Source: Synechococcus sp. (GTDB lineage: Bacteria > Cyanobacteriota > Cyanobacteriia > PCC-6307 > Cyanobiaceae). From it: a stretch of DNA of 64,000 bases. Where the stretch lies: assembly GCA_047285305.1 (NCBI GenBank), contig JBJBDL010000003.1, forward strand, positions 1,632,001 to 1,696,000. Direction: 5' to 3'. A program made the position numbers and the translations under genes. Every line of letters starts with the position of its first letter. Position 1 is the stretch's first letter. The notes beneath the pieces are model-generated. The model did not search any database and had not been told where the DNA came from. It saw nothing but the letters and a program-made list of their open reading frames with translations. Below, in pieces: positions 48,721 through 57,418 of the stretch.

Positions 48721-48797
48721 TTCCGCAAAAAGGGAATGGATTTCACATCCCTCAGTTGGGGGAGCCATCTGGGTAGTTATGTCCCTCAAATAGGGGA
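48721..48797. promoter_or_regulatory. Cluster of 2-3 dyad boxes
   Basis: TCCCTCAGTTGGGGGA (48748), TCCCTCAAATAGGGGA (48782), weaker TTCCGCAAAAAGGGAA (48721). Confidence 0.5.
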
Positions 48798-48894
48798 TAC
48801 AAAGCAATGCTCAAAGTGCCAAGGCCACCTTCGTGTCATTTGGCACAACAGCATTGATGTGCAGCCAGCAGATTGATGGTGTTGCATCAAAACT

Positions 48895-49122
48895 GTGGCC
48901 AGCCGGCTGCGTCGATCCCTGCTTCAACTCGGTGACCGCTTTGGCCGCCGCATGCAGCGCTGGCCGGAAGGATCTTGGCCCGATGCCATGCAACGCAGCC
49001 CCCGCCGGGTTCGTAGCACCGCCAAGGATGTGATCAAAAGCACCGCCCAGGCAGCGGTGGGACTGGGGCGGCGAGCTGCACGCCTGGGGATGGAATCGAT
49101 CAAACAAGCCAGCAACCGATGA
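48895..49122 (+). CDS. Small basic hypothetical protein
   Basis: 75-aa GTG ORF. Confidence 0.4.
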   Translation: MASRLRRSLLQLGDRFGRRMQRWPEGSWPDAMQRSPRRVRSTAKDVIKSTAQAAVGLGRRAARLGMESIKQASNR

Positions 49123-49419
49123 ACAGCGGCTTGCTGGTGTTGTCTGTTCTGCTGTTTGTGGCCGCTGCCACCTTGATCAGCATGAGCTGATTAGGAACAA
49201 ATACTCAACGCGATCAAACAGATCGATCGGCAACCAAATTCAAAAAAAACAACAGCGGTTGATACAGCTTGTCGGGGGAATTTACCTGATCATTAATTCA
49301 TTAAATTCCAAAGCCAATGGAATTCCTAGTTGCCAGCTGCTTCATTTTTCCGCTCTCAGCCCTATGGATTCAATCCCGGGAAGACGACAACAATGAAGAC
49401 GAGATGGACTTTCTCTGAA

Positions 49420-49590
49420 TCAAGCCCTAGAGGACGGCAAGGCTGAAGCCTTCAACATGGGCCGGAAAATCCACAGCCAGCATGGTGATTGAGAGCGATA
49501 CCTATCAGCGCAAGTGACATGACCTGATTTTGCCGAGGCAACAACCATATCCCTGGCTAATTCCGGACGTTTTTCCCAGAAAAAATGCAT
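49420..49590 (-). CDS. 56-aa duplicate with scrambled centre (possible pseudogene)
   Basis: MHFFWEKRPELARDMVVASAKSGHVTCADRYRSQSPCWLWIFRPMLKASALPSSRA. Confidence 0.4.
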   Translation of the reverse strand: MHFFWEKRPELARDMVVASAKSGHVTCADRYRSQSPCWLWIFRPMLKASALPSSRA

Positions 49591-49895
49591 CAGCTTCAAG
49601 CCGATGCCTGCTTTCTAAGGCCTTAAGCGTTTCCGATCCAGGTAATTAAATGAAAATTGAGCGTACCTTCTCCTAATCAAGACCTAGAGGACGGCAAGGC
49701 TGAAGCCTTCAACTCATGGGCCAGTAGATCCGTGGCCAACATGGTGAGAGCAACACCCATCAGGGCAAGGGCTATGCCTTGATTTTTGTCTGATGCAACA
49801 GCTACATTTCTGGACAATTCAAGATGTTTTTCCCAGGAGAAATGCATCAGCTCCAGGCCTATACATGCTTTCTAAGGCCATAAGCCTTTGCGATC
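49426..49895. repeat. Diverged tandem duplication, ~210-nt unit, 257-nt period
   Basis: Identical 31-mer CCTAGAGGACGGCAAGGCTGAAGCCTTCAAC at 49426 and 49683; similarity continues to TGCTTTCTAAGGCC..CGATCC. Confidence 0.9.
49677..49847 (-). CDS. 56-aa small protein
   Basis: GGAG SD; MHFSWEKHLELSRNVAVASDKNQGIALALMGVALTMLATDLLAHELKASALPSSRS. Confidence 0.6.
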   Translation of the reverse strand: MHFSWEKHLELSRNVAVASDKNQGIALALMGVALTMLATDLLAHELKASALPSSRS

Positions 49896-50044
49896 CGAGT
49901 TATTAGAGGCATTCAGAAATGTTCTGTAATGACAGCAATGCATTGAGATGAGCATTTTTTCCTCAAATCGGTTGCAAGTACTACGTTTTTGATTTGCAGC
50001 AACAAAAGTTCTCAGGTACGTTCCGCTCACAAAGCCACAAGCCA

Positions 50045-50224
50045 ATGGAACCGATCGCGTTGACTCTGGGCCAGAAATTTGAAGTCGAGAAATTCTCACG
50101 CGAAATCGACAATTCGGATGACCTTGTAGCCCTACGCAGCATTGCAAAAGAGCTGTTAGTGGCATGGAAGCAACAGCAAGCAGCATCAGCCTGGATAGTT
50201 CGCCAGCAGTCCCAGGGCCTCTGA
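50045..50224 (+). CDS. NblA-like phycobilisome degradation protein
   Basis: LTLGQKFEVEKFSREID..LR.IAKELL.AW..QQAA; size and L(T/S)LxQxF start resemble NblA. Confidence 0.6.
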   Translation: MEPIALTLGQKFEVEKFSREIDNSDDLVALRSIAKELLVAWKQQQAASAWIVRQQSQGL

Positions 50225-50251
50225 AATCAGCTCCTTTCGCTCTTAGCGCCA

Positions 50252-50443
50252 ATGGAAGACAACCAAATGATCACCACCATTACGTTGGAAAGAGATGTTC
50301 TGCGTGTTCTGCACCGTGTCGTAGCTGAAGCTCACGACAACTGGCCCGGCGGTGATGCAACCGAACAGGCTTGTCTGTTAAACATGAAGACCCAGCTCTA
50401 TGCGGCCTTGATGGACCACCTGCTCGAATCGGGTTCTATCTAA
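50252..50443 (+). CDS. Small hypothetical protein
   Basis: WPGGDATEQACL..MK..LYAALMD. Confidence 0.6.
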   Translation: MEDNQMITTITLERDVLRVLHRVVAEAHDNWPGGDATEQACLLNMKTQLYAALMDHLLESGSI

Positions 50444-50677
50444 GCCTTTTTTCAGCAGGAAATCAGTACTTTTCCCTTACCCAGTAGAAAAACTCATGTC
50501 TAGGCAGGAGCAGCGGAAACAGACTTAATCCGGCTGTGGAGTTCCCCATGCAATCTGATCGCTCCCGCCTTCGCGAACTGGAGATTCGTGTCGCCAACCC
50601 GCAGCACTGGAGTTCCGGCGAACACCAAATCAATGTTGAAAACCTCCGACAGCTGCGTTTTCAAATTGAAGATCAGC

Positions 50678-51619
50678 TCAAGAAACTGCGGCAGCACAAT
50701 CAACCCTCGCCTTGATCGGGCAGCTTGCCTCAGGTTCGGCCCGCGTTCGGTTTTGGATAAAGTCCCATGCCTCTTCCGCTGAGTCTGAGAAATGAATCAG
50801 ATCTAGGTCTTCATCTGAAATCAAGCCCATCTCAGCGAGGTAATTAAAGTCCACCAGCCTCCTCCAGAACTCTGTACCGAACAGAACAATGGGCATGCTG
50901 CCTTTGGTACCGACTTGCCGCAGGGTGAGCAGCTCAAACAGTTCATCGAGCGTGCCAAAGCCTCCCGGGAAAAGAATGGCTCCAATCGAGCGCATCACAA
51001 AATGGAATTTACGCAGTGAGAAGTAGTTGAACTTGAAGCAGAGATCAGGGGTGATGAAGGGATTGGGATGTTGTTCAAACGGAAGGGTGATATTCAGCCC
51101 GATGGAACGGCAGCCGGCCTCAAAGGCACCTCTGTTGGCGGCTTCCATGATTCCCGGTCCGCCACCGGTCACGATCACATGGGATGCGCATCCATTGCTT
51201 TGCCCTTTATCCGCCTGACCATGCTGGGAGGCCAATGCGGCAAATTCTCGAGCTGCATCGTAGAAACGGGACAAGTCCACGAGCTGTTTGGCGTGTACAA
51301 CTTGTCTCTTCAAAGACGATGAGCCTGGAGTTGCGCTGAGCCGTTGCTCTGCTTGCGCGAGCTTCGTGGCAGCAGTGTCTTTATCGACGATCCTGGCGCC
51401 TCCAAAAACAATGATCGTCGATTCAATCCCGGCTGTTTCCAGATCCAGATCCGGCTTGGTGATTTCAAGCAGCATGCGCACACCGCGCATGGAATTGCTG
51501 TTCAGCAAGTCTGGATCTTCATGGGCAATTCTGTAGGTGGGGGACTTCAGAATTTCGTCCAGGTTGGCTTGCTTAGGGCTTGAAGTGCCTGGAAATTGAG
51601 TCATCGGTTCAAAAGTCAT
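50678..51619 (-). CDS. LOG family (SLOG) nucleotide phosphoribohydrolase-like protein
   Basis: VFGGAR, TGGGPGIMEAANRGA, RK, FPGGFGTLDELFE. Confidence 0.88.
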   Translation of the reverse strand: MTFEPMTQFPGTSSPKQANLDEILKSPTYRIAHEDPDLLNSNSMRGVRMLLEITKPDLDLETAGIESTIIVFGGARIVDKDTAATKLAQAEQRLSATPGSSSLKRQVVHAKQLVDLSRFYDAAREFAALASQHGQADKGQSNGCASHVIVTGGGPGIMEAANRGAFEAGCRSIGLNITLPFEQHPNPFITPDLCFKFNYFSLRKFHFVMRSIGAILFPGGFGTLDELFELLTLRQVGTKGSMPIVLFGTEFWRRLVDFNYLAEMGLISDEDLDLIHFSDSAEEAWDFIQNRTRAEPEASCPIKARVDCAAAVS

Positions 51620-51661
51620 AGGTGTTAGCGATGTAGTCGGTATCGGGGATGTCGACTGGCG

Positions 51662-53050
51662 TCAGAGGATGTTGGCGGCCAATTCAGCCAGTTCACTGCG
51701 CTCTCCTTTTGTGAGGGTCATGTGTCCCACCAGGGGCTGACCTTTGAGCTTTTCCACCAACCAGGTGAGCCCGTTGCTTTCGGCATCCACATAGGGATTG
51801 TCGATTTGATATGGATCACCAGTGAAGACAACCTTGGTTCCTTCACCCACCCGCGTCACGATCGTCTTCACTTCCAGGGGCGTCAGGTTCTGCGCCTCGT
51901 CCACCACCAGGAACTGATTGGGAATCGATCGGCCGCGGATGGTGTTGATGGCTTCAACCTCAAGCAAGCCCATGCCTTGAAGGTCGGCCCAGGCGTTGCG
52001 TGGTTCGCGGTTCCGCGGTTTCTTCGTCTGCTCAGCCTCCTCGCCGGGAGACGAACCGGTGATGAAATCGATGTTGTCGATGATCGGCTTCATCCAGGGG
52101 CCGAGTTTCTCCTCCAGCGTGCCGGGCAGGTAGCCGATGTCTTTGCCAAGGGAGATTGGTGGGCGCGTCACCAACAAGCGGACGTAGTGATGGGTGTCGG
52201 CCACCTGGTGCAAACCCGCGGCGATGGCCAGCAGCGTTTTGCCTGTGCCGGCCTTGCCCACCAGAGTCACCAGAGCAACGGAGGGATCGAGCAGTAGATC
52301 CAGCGCAAAGCTTTGCTCGCGATTTCTGGCTTTGATACGGCCCAAATGGGCGCGATGGAGCCAGTGCAGCCGCTTGATGATGTTGCTGTTGCCTTGATGC
52401 CGAGCCAGCAGGGTGTGGCTGTCGTTGTGCTGATCCACAAGCAACACCCCTTCATTGGCCTGAAGATGCTGCTTCTCGGGATCGGCGACAGCTTCCAAAG
52501 GGAGTTGATCCTCTTCATGCAGGGTCTGAATTGTCTCCGCATCGGTTCTGAGTTCACGAAACCCTGTGTAGAGGTCGTCGATCGAGACGTTGTCGTTGAC
52601 GTAGTCCTCGGCCTGCAGGCCCACCGCATCAGCCTTGATTCGAAGGTTGATGTCTTTGCTGATCAGCACGACCTCGGGCGCCTGTTTCAGCCCACTGCAA
52701 CGCATCTGCTCGAGGGCCACCGCAAGGATGTTGTTGTCACCACCTCCCCCCTGCAACTCTGCCGGTAAGTCTTGAAGGGCTTGGGCCTGACAGAACACCA
52801 CCTGCAGCATGCCGTGGTTCGTTCCCTCAATCGGAACGCCATCGGCAAGGCGTCCGCGAGCTCGGTAGGAATCCAAGAGCCTTGAAATCCGCCGAGCATT
52901 TCGGCCTTTTTCGGAATGATCTTTCTTGAAGCGATCGATTTCTTCAACCACTTGCATGGGGATCACAACCCTTAAATCACCAAAGCGGTGCGGCGCCTCA
53001 GGATCGTGGAGCAGCACATTCGTATCGAGAACAACAATTTTGTCTTTCAT
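51662..53050 (-). CDS. PIN-PhoH protein (PhoH2/YlaK-like)
   Basis: N-terminal VLDTNVLL PIN domain, DNNIL, SKDINLRIKA; GKAGTGKT, RGRS, DEAQN, GDPYQID. Confidence 0.9.
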   Translation of the reverse strand: MKDKIVVLDTNVLLHDPEAPHRFGDLRVVIPMQVVEEIDRFKKDHSEKGRNARRISRLLDSYRARGRLADGVPIEGTNHGMLQVVFCQAQALQDLPAELQGGGGDNNILAVALEQMRCSGLKQAPEVVLISKDINLRIKADAVGLQAEDYVNDNVSIDDLYTGFRELRTDAETIQTLHEEDQLPLEAVADPEKQHLQANEGVLLVDQHNDSHTLLARHQGNSNIIKRLHWLHRAHLGRIKARNREQSFALDLLLDPSVALVTLVGKAGTGKTLLAIAAGLHQVADTHHYVRLLVTRPPISLGKDIGYLPGTLEEKLGPWMKPIIDNIDFITGSSPGEEAEQTKKPRNREPRNAWADLQGMGLLEVEAINTIRGRSIPNQFLVVDEAQNLTPLEVKTIVTRVGEGTKVVFTGDPYQIDNPYVDAESNGLTWLVEKLKGQPLVGHMTLTKGERSELAELAANIL

Positions 53051-53264
53051 TGAATCTCACCATTGATGGATCAATTTGTGCTGAAAAGATCATCGAGGTA
53101 GTGATTTGCCAAATCACCACAGCAGAATCTCTTCTCCCCGCAGGTAAGACGCAGGGAGTAAGAAGATTTCAACAACAAAACCAAGCAGGTCAGCGAGGAT
53201 TCGCTGTTTGAACCAAAGAGAATCGATTGAGTTGCTTAATGACGTCAACTGAGACGTGTTGAGC

Positions 53265-53444
53265 TCAGTCGTCGTAGATCTTGCAGCCAGGCGCAGTGGG
53301 GGACGTGTCGCAACGCTCCTCCCAGTACAGATCGTGCTGAGATTTCATCGCTTGCTTGGGTTCATCAGCCTGACCTGGCTGCGTTTTGTCAAATGCATTG
53401 AGGGGAATGCAGAAATCGAAAAAACCTGAACAGATCGTGACCAT
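53265..53444 (-). CDS. 59-aa microprotein with CP12-like C-terminus
   Basis: AAGGAG SD; ends YWEERCDTSPTAPGCKIYDD. Confidence 0.65.
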   Translation of the reverse strand: MVTICSGFFDFCIPLNAFDKTQPGQADEPKQAMKSQHDLYWEERCDTSPTAPGCKIYDD

Positions 53445-53966
53445 CTCTCTCCTTGTCTCTGGCTTATCTCTACTCCTCTCCCCTCCAGAATCAATAGGTA
53501 CTTAACCCATTGCTTTACACAAAGAAAAACCGCTCTTCCCAGAGGAAGAACAGTTGGTGGGTCACGCAGATGAATGGAGTCACCCGCACTCTGATCACTT
53601 GATCAGGCAGCCTGCTGATTGCCTGAACCTTCTTCCTCAGACCGGATGAACCGCTTGCGTTGTGCAGATTCATTACCGGAGAGATCACCTCGCTTCGATG
53701 GCTCCACGGGTTTGCGTTCGGGTTTGTCCAAACCCATCAAGAGGGGATGGATACCTCTTCTGCTCATTGAAGTTTCCTCTTATTCGGTTCTCGCGTCGTG
53801 GTCTCTCGGCCCTTTCGCGTTGGTTAACTATCGCGCAGATCAGTTGCAGGCGCGCCCCGCAATGCTTAAGAGAATCTGGCGAGTCGCCCAACACCGCCGG
53901 GCCAGGAAGGATTGAGGCAGCAGAGTGAGGGTACGAATCGAACGCAACGCACTGCGAGGTGCTCCG

Positions 53967-54278
53967 ATGATTTGGATTCGAACCAGGCTGGCCGTTGCAA
54001 GCCTTGCCATTGCCACAGCCATTCCGGCAAGCGCTGAGATCGTTACTTCAACGTGCCGACTGCTCAGCTACGACGGCCTTATCACCACCGTAGAGACCTT
54101 CCGCTGTGACTTCATGCAGCGCAGCGGCAACGTTTTGGTGAATAGCGCTGAACATGAGTTCAGCTTTCTGGCTGCAGAGCAAGGGGAGACCTACATCCGC
54201 ATCAACTCGATCCCGCTGCGCTTCACCCGCATAGGGGAGTACACCCTGGAGGTGAGGCAGGAGCCTTGGTTGAGATGA
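53967..54278 (+). CDS. Exported hypothetical protein
   Basis: Signal peptide ending ASA; two Cys. Confidence 0.6.
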   Translation: MIWIRTRLAVASLAIATAIPASAEIVTSTCRLLSYDGLITTVETFRCDFMQRSGNVLVNSAEHEFSFLAAEQGETYIRINSIPLRFTRIGEYTLEVRQEPWLR

Positions 54279-54736
54279 CCGTTGCGATGACCATCCCAAA
54301 TGGGGGTATCGAGAAGCGGATGCACAGGAGTTGATTGATCACACCTGCGGCAGCTAATGCGATCTGTCGGCGGTCGTCGAGTGAATGCCCAGAGATCCTT
54401 CATGCTCTTGGGGTTTTCCTCCTCGAATCCGAGAGAGTTTTGAAACTGATTCTTTCAGGTGAATAAGGGAAGCCCTGGAGCCGTCACTCCAGGGTTTTCT
54501 TGTTTGGAGCAGCTTGCGGTATGAAAACGTGACAGGGGAGAAGGCACGAAAAAGGAAAGCCACCCTTCCCGATTGGCTGTCGCCATGCAGAAAGGATTGT
54601 GCGTGGATGAAAGCGTGACCAACCAATGAGTGTCGGTTGGTTACTCAATTCAGGATTTCTTCCGTGCATCTTCAGGGAGCATTGCCTCAGCGAGCATCTC
54701 GGCGCTCATAACTTCAAAGCAGTCTCGCGCTCCCTT

Positions 54737-54912
54737 ATGTGCCCACTTGACCTTTCCGATCTCAAGTGGGGCGATGACGGCAAATGCCTCCCAACGACAC
54801 CCTCAGCCTGGTGGAGAGATTGGCCATAGCGGAAGAGATGAGCCAAGGGGCCGAGCAATCGACTCTCAACTCCAGTTCCATTCCCCAGGAGGAACCATCA
54901 CAAGAGTCCTGA
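54737..54912 (+). pseudogene. Small hypothetical protein, probably frameshifted
   Basis: MCPLDLSDLKWGDDGK then shifted frame PPNDTLSLVERLAIAEEMSQ... Confidence 0.4.
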
Positions 54913-54950
54913 GCTAGACGGATGGATCGAGCCACTCTCAGCTGAACTGC

Positions 54951-55166
54951 TCAGCCAACCAACCGGTCATCGGAATTCAAAAGCGCCTTCCCTTTCGACA
55001 CCCTCACAACTTCGCCTGAAAGCCCAGGACTTTGATAGATGACGCGATACACATTCGTGAAAGCAAGCGATTTGGCACGTGCATCAACGAACGCCTTGAA
55101 CTCAGTCTTGAAGCACTGTTCTTGAACCCATTGGTCGGGGCCATCGCTTCGCTCAACGCAGTACAT
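54951..55166 (-). CDS. Small hypothetical protein
   Basis: MYCVER..W..E.CFKTEFKAFV.AR.KS..YRV. Confidence 0.65.
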   Translation of the reverse strand: MYCVERSDGPDQWVQEQCFKTEFKAFVDARAKSLAFTNVYRVIYQSPGLSGEVVRVSKGKALLNSDDRLVG

Positions 55167-55576
55167 CGTTTGGAGCACAGAGAACACGCAGCCTGATGAG
55201 GCTGCGGCCGCTTGTCCTCGATCGACATGCCAGCTTCGGGATCACGTCTTCAATTGATGACGGGAAACCTGGCATCAACGCTCTCCAAAGCTGTCCTTTC
55301 GCCTTGGACGTCAATCACATTGGGATGCACATGTTGGGTGCACACGACGGAATCACATCGCGTCGAGCGATAAAGGAATGCGATTCCGCCACCGGTGTGC
55401 CCTCGAACGCACAACACGGCACGCCTGTTGTAACTTCGCTCGACCGATTGAAAGCGAGTCACTGACTACCGAAGTCCGTTCCTGCTTGAGCCTTCAGGGT
55501 GTAATCGCTAATGCCGTCAACGGTTCCAATCCTGAGACCAATTCGTGTAAAGTTTCAATAAGCAACCTCCAGGCAG

Positions 55577-55837
55577 ATGTTCAAAGCCTTGTTTTCCCTG
55601 GTTTTTGCAGCAGTGATGTGGGTCCAGGTGCCTCAGTGGCAGCCGGACTGGTCGCAGTGCTCAGTTGACACGCCGGATGTGGATTGTCACTGGTACGTCA
55701 CGGCACCAGACAACACCTTTGGCGAAGGCTTCAGCTGGGAGAACGCACCCTGGTTCAGTGCCGAAGGGCTGAGGGATGTGGGGGATCTGAACAACACGAT
55801 GACCACTATCCACAGTCAGGCCCTACCGGCCAGCTGA
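55577..55837 (+). CDS. Small exported protein
   Basis: WVQVPQW..DWSQCSVD.PD..CHWYV.APDNTFGEGF.W..APWF. Confidence 0.7.
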   Translation: MFKALFSLVFAAVMWVQVPQWQPDWSQCSVDTPDVDCHWYVTAPDNTFGEGFSWENAPWFSAEGLRDVGDLNNTMTTIHSQALPAS

Positions 55838-55941
55838 ACATTGATCGTGTTGAACGCCCTAAGCCCCAGAGCACTGGCTTCCCGAGCACCAACACGGCCA
55901 GAAAAGCGTCAGCCCTAACATTTCTCTTTGGAGAGACTTCA

Positions 55942-56067
55942 GTGAACGACTACTCAGCAGCCATCGCAGCTCTTATTGTGGTCACCGTGGTTATCTCTGC
56001 TGCCGTCGTTTACGTGCTGGCTCAGCCGACCGACCTGCCCAGATACAAAGAAAACAAGGATCGATAG
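55942..56067 (+). CDS. Small membrane peptide
   Basis: GGAG SD, GTG start; single TM, VYVLAQPTDLP. Confidence 0.5.
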   Translation: MNDYSAAIAALIVVTVVISAAVVYVLAQPTDLPRYKENKDR

Positions 56068-56352
56068 ATGCCACCACGTGGGTAAACACTGACCCCGCCA
56101 CCCACATCGCCCCGTAGGACTGAATCCAGCACTAGGGTCACCAGACATTCAGCACACCCCTGGCGTGAAAGGTCCGAACCTCGTTTTTGTAGGCGGCTCC
56201 GTGATCGTCGCGATCATGGCAGTGGTTGTTTTTATTGGCGCTGCCAACGCCGGTGACTGCCCTCAAAACAAGTCAGCTGAGGCCACCTCAGTTGAGGCTC
56301 ATCACAACGCAGATGACAAGGCTGAAGTTGAAGCCTGATCGGCTCAGATAAC

Positions 56353-56541
56353 TCAGCGAAGAGGGTCAACCTCAACTGGAGCGATTGTCTGGAGCGTGCT
56401 AAATGCTTCATTGATTGTCTGCCCAACAAAGATCCCTCCGGTGAGCACCGCAGCTAAACAAGCCAACCCGAGGATGATTCCAACTCCAATGCGAGTAGAG
56501 CTCGTTGTTTCTGCCTTGCGTTGCTCAGTATTGGAAACCAT
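56353..56541 (-). CDS. Small membrane protein
   Basis: Single TM helix. Confidence 0.45.
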   Translation of the reverse strand: MVSNTEQRKAETTSSTRIGVGIILGLACLAAVLTGGIFVGQTINEAFSTLQTIAPVEVDPLR

Positions 56542-56865
56542 CTGAGTTGCTGCGATAAACCAGTTGTGGCTCAGGTCGCCCCTCGTTTCAACTGCGCATC
56601 GAATCACTCCAGGGCTTTGCAGTTAGCCCTGTTCCCATGCAGTTGCCCTCTCGGGGTATCGAGAAATGGTTTCAGGTTTGAAGTGATTCCTTGAGTTGAT
56701 GCTGCCAAACTCCGAGTTCGCCTTAATACATATAAACGGTATCTGGATGAACCTACATCAACAACCATCACGCATTTGGGAGAGTTTCACTTGTGACCAC
56801 TATGGTCATGCGGCTTCAAAAGACTTGTGCTTCACAGGACTTCTCCTCTCTCAAGGCCCATCCGT

Positions 56866-57015
56866 GTGACCAATCCCAAAACCAAAAGGTGGAGAACCGC
56901 CATCAAAGCCAGAGAGAATCAGCTGCTGACTCTCGCGAAGGAAGCTTTACAAGAGAAGAAGGAAAGAAGAGTCATTAATTTTCTTGACTATGTCGATCAG
57001 GACATCGCTGCATAA
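56866..57015 (+). CDS. Small hypothetical protein
   Basis: TNPKTKRWRTAIKAREN..VINFLDY. Confidence 0.45.
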   Translation: MTNPKTKRWRTAIKARENQLLTLAKEALQEKKERRVINFLDYVDQDIAA

Positions 57016-57263
57016 CCGGAATTTCGATCGGCAAATTCAACGTATCCAGCTGAAATAGCCCCTATTGATTGCGCTGGAACCCTGGCGGGAGATTCTCGAC
57101 CTAGGAGAGGGGCGCACAAAAAGCCCCCTGGAGATCTCAACTCCAGAGGCCATTTCCCCTCGTTTGGCGACTCCTTCACTTTCTTCCAGATATCTGGTGA
57201 AAGGGAGTGGGAGAACCGTCGAAACAGGTCGTGGACACCGGTCATGGTTCGGTCACCAGAGAC

Positions 57264-57287
57264 AAAAAAAGCGGCAGGGAATGCCGC
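57264..57287 (-). terminator. Intrinsic terminator
   Basis: GCGGCA/TGCCGC stem plus T7 on the minus strand. Confidence 0.65.
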
Positions 57288-57387
57288 CCATCAAAAAGGG
57301 GACTAATGCGTGGAAGGTGCTGACGTTCCAGCGATACCACCCTCTTCAATCAGTCGGCGGTGCCGTGAGCATCGTTTACGAACTGCC

Positions 57388-57418
57388 AAAAAAATGGGGG
57401 TGTTCCCTAAGCACCCCC
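57388..57418 (-). terminator. Intrinsic terminator
   Basis: GGGGGTG/CACCCCC stem plus T7 on the minus strand. Confidence 0.65.

Noticed and set aside
49426..49713. 31-nt identical repeats as a CRISPR array
   Set aside because: Only two copies, ~226-nt spacing, the intervening DNA is itself homologous, and no cas genes
53324..53338. AGTACAGATCGTGCT as a LexA box
   Set aside because: Spacing off by one and inside the CP12-like CDS
53501..53520. Pho-box-like CTTAACCC near the PhoH locus
   Set aside because: No second repeat at the expected 11-nt period
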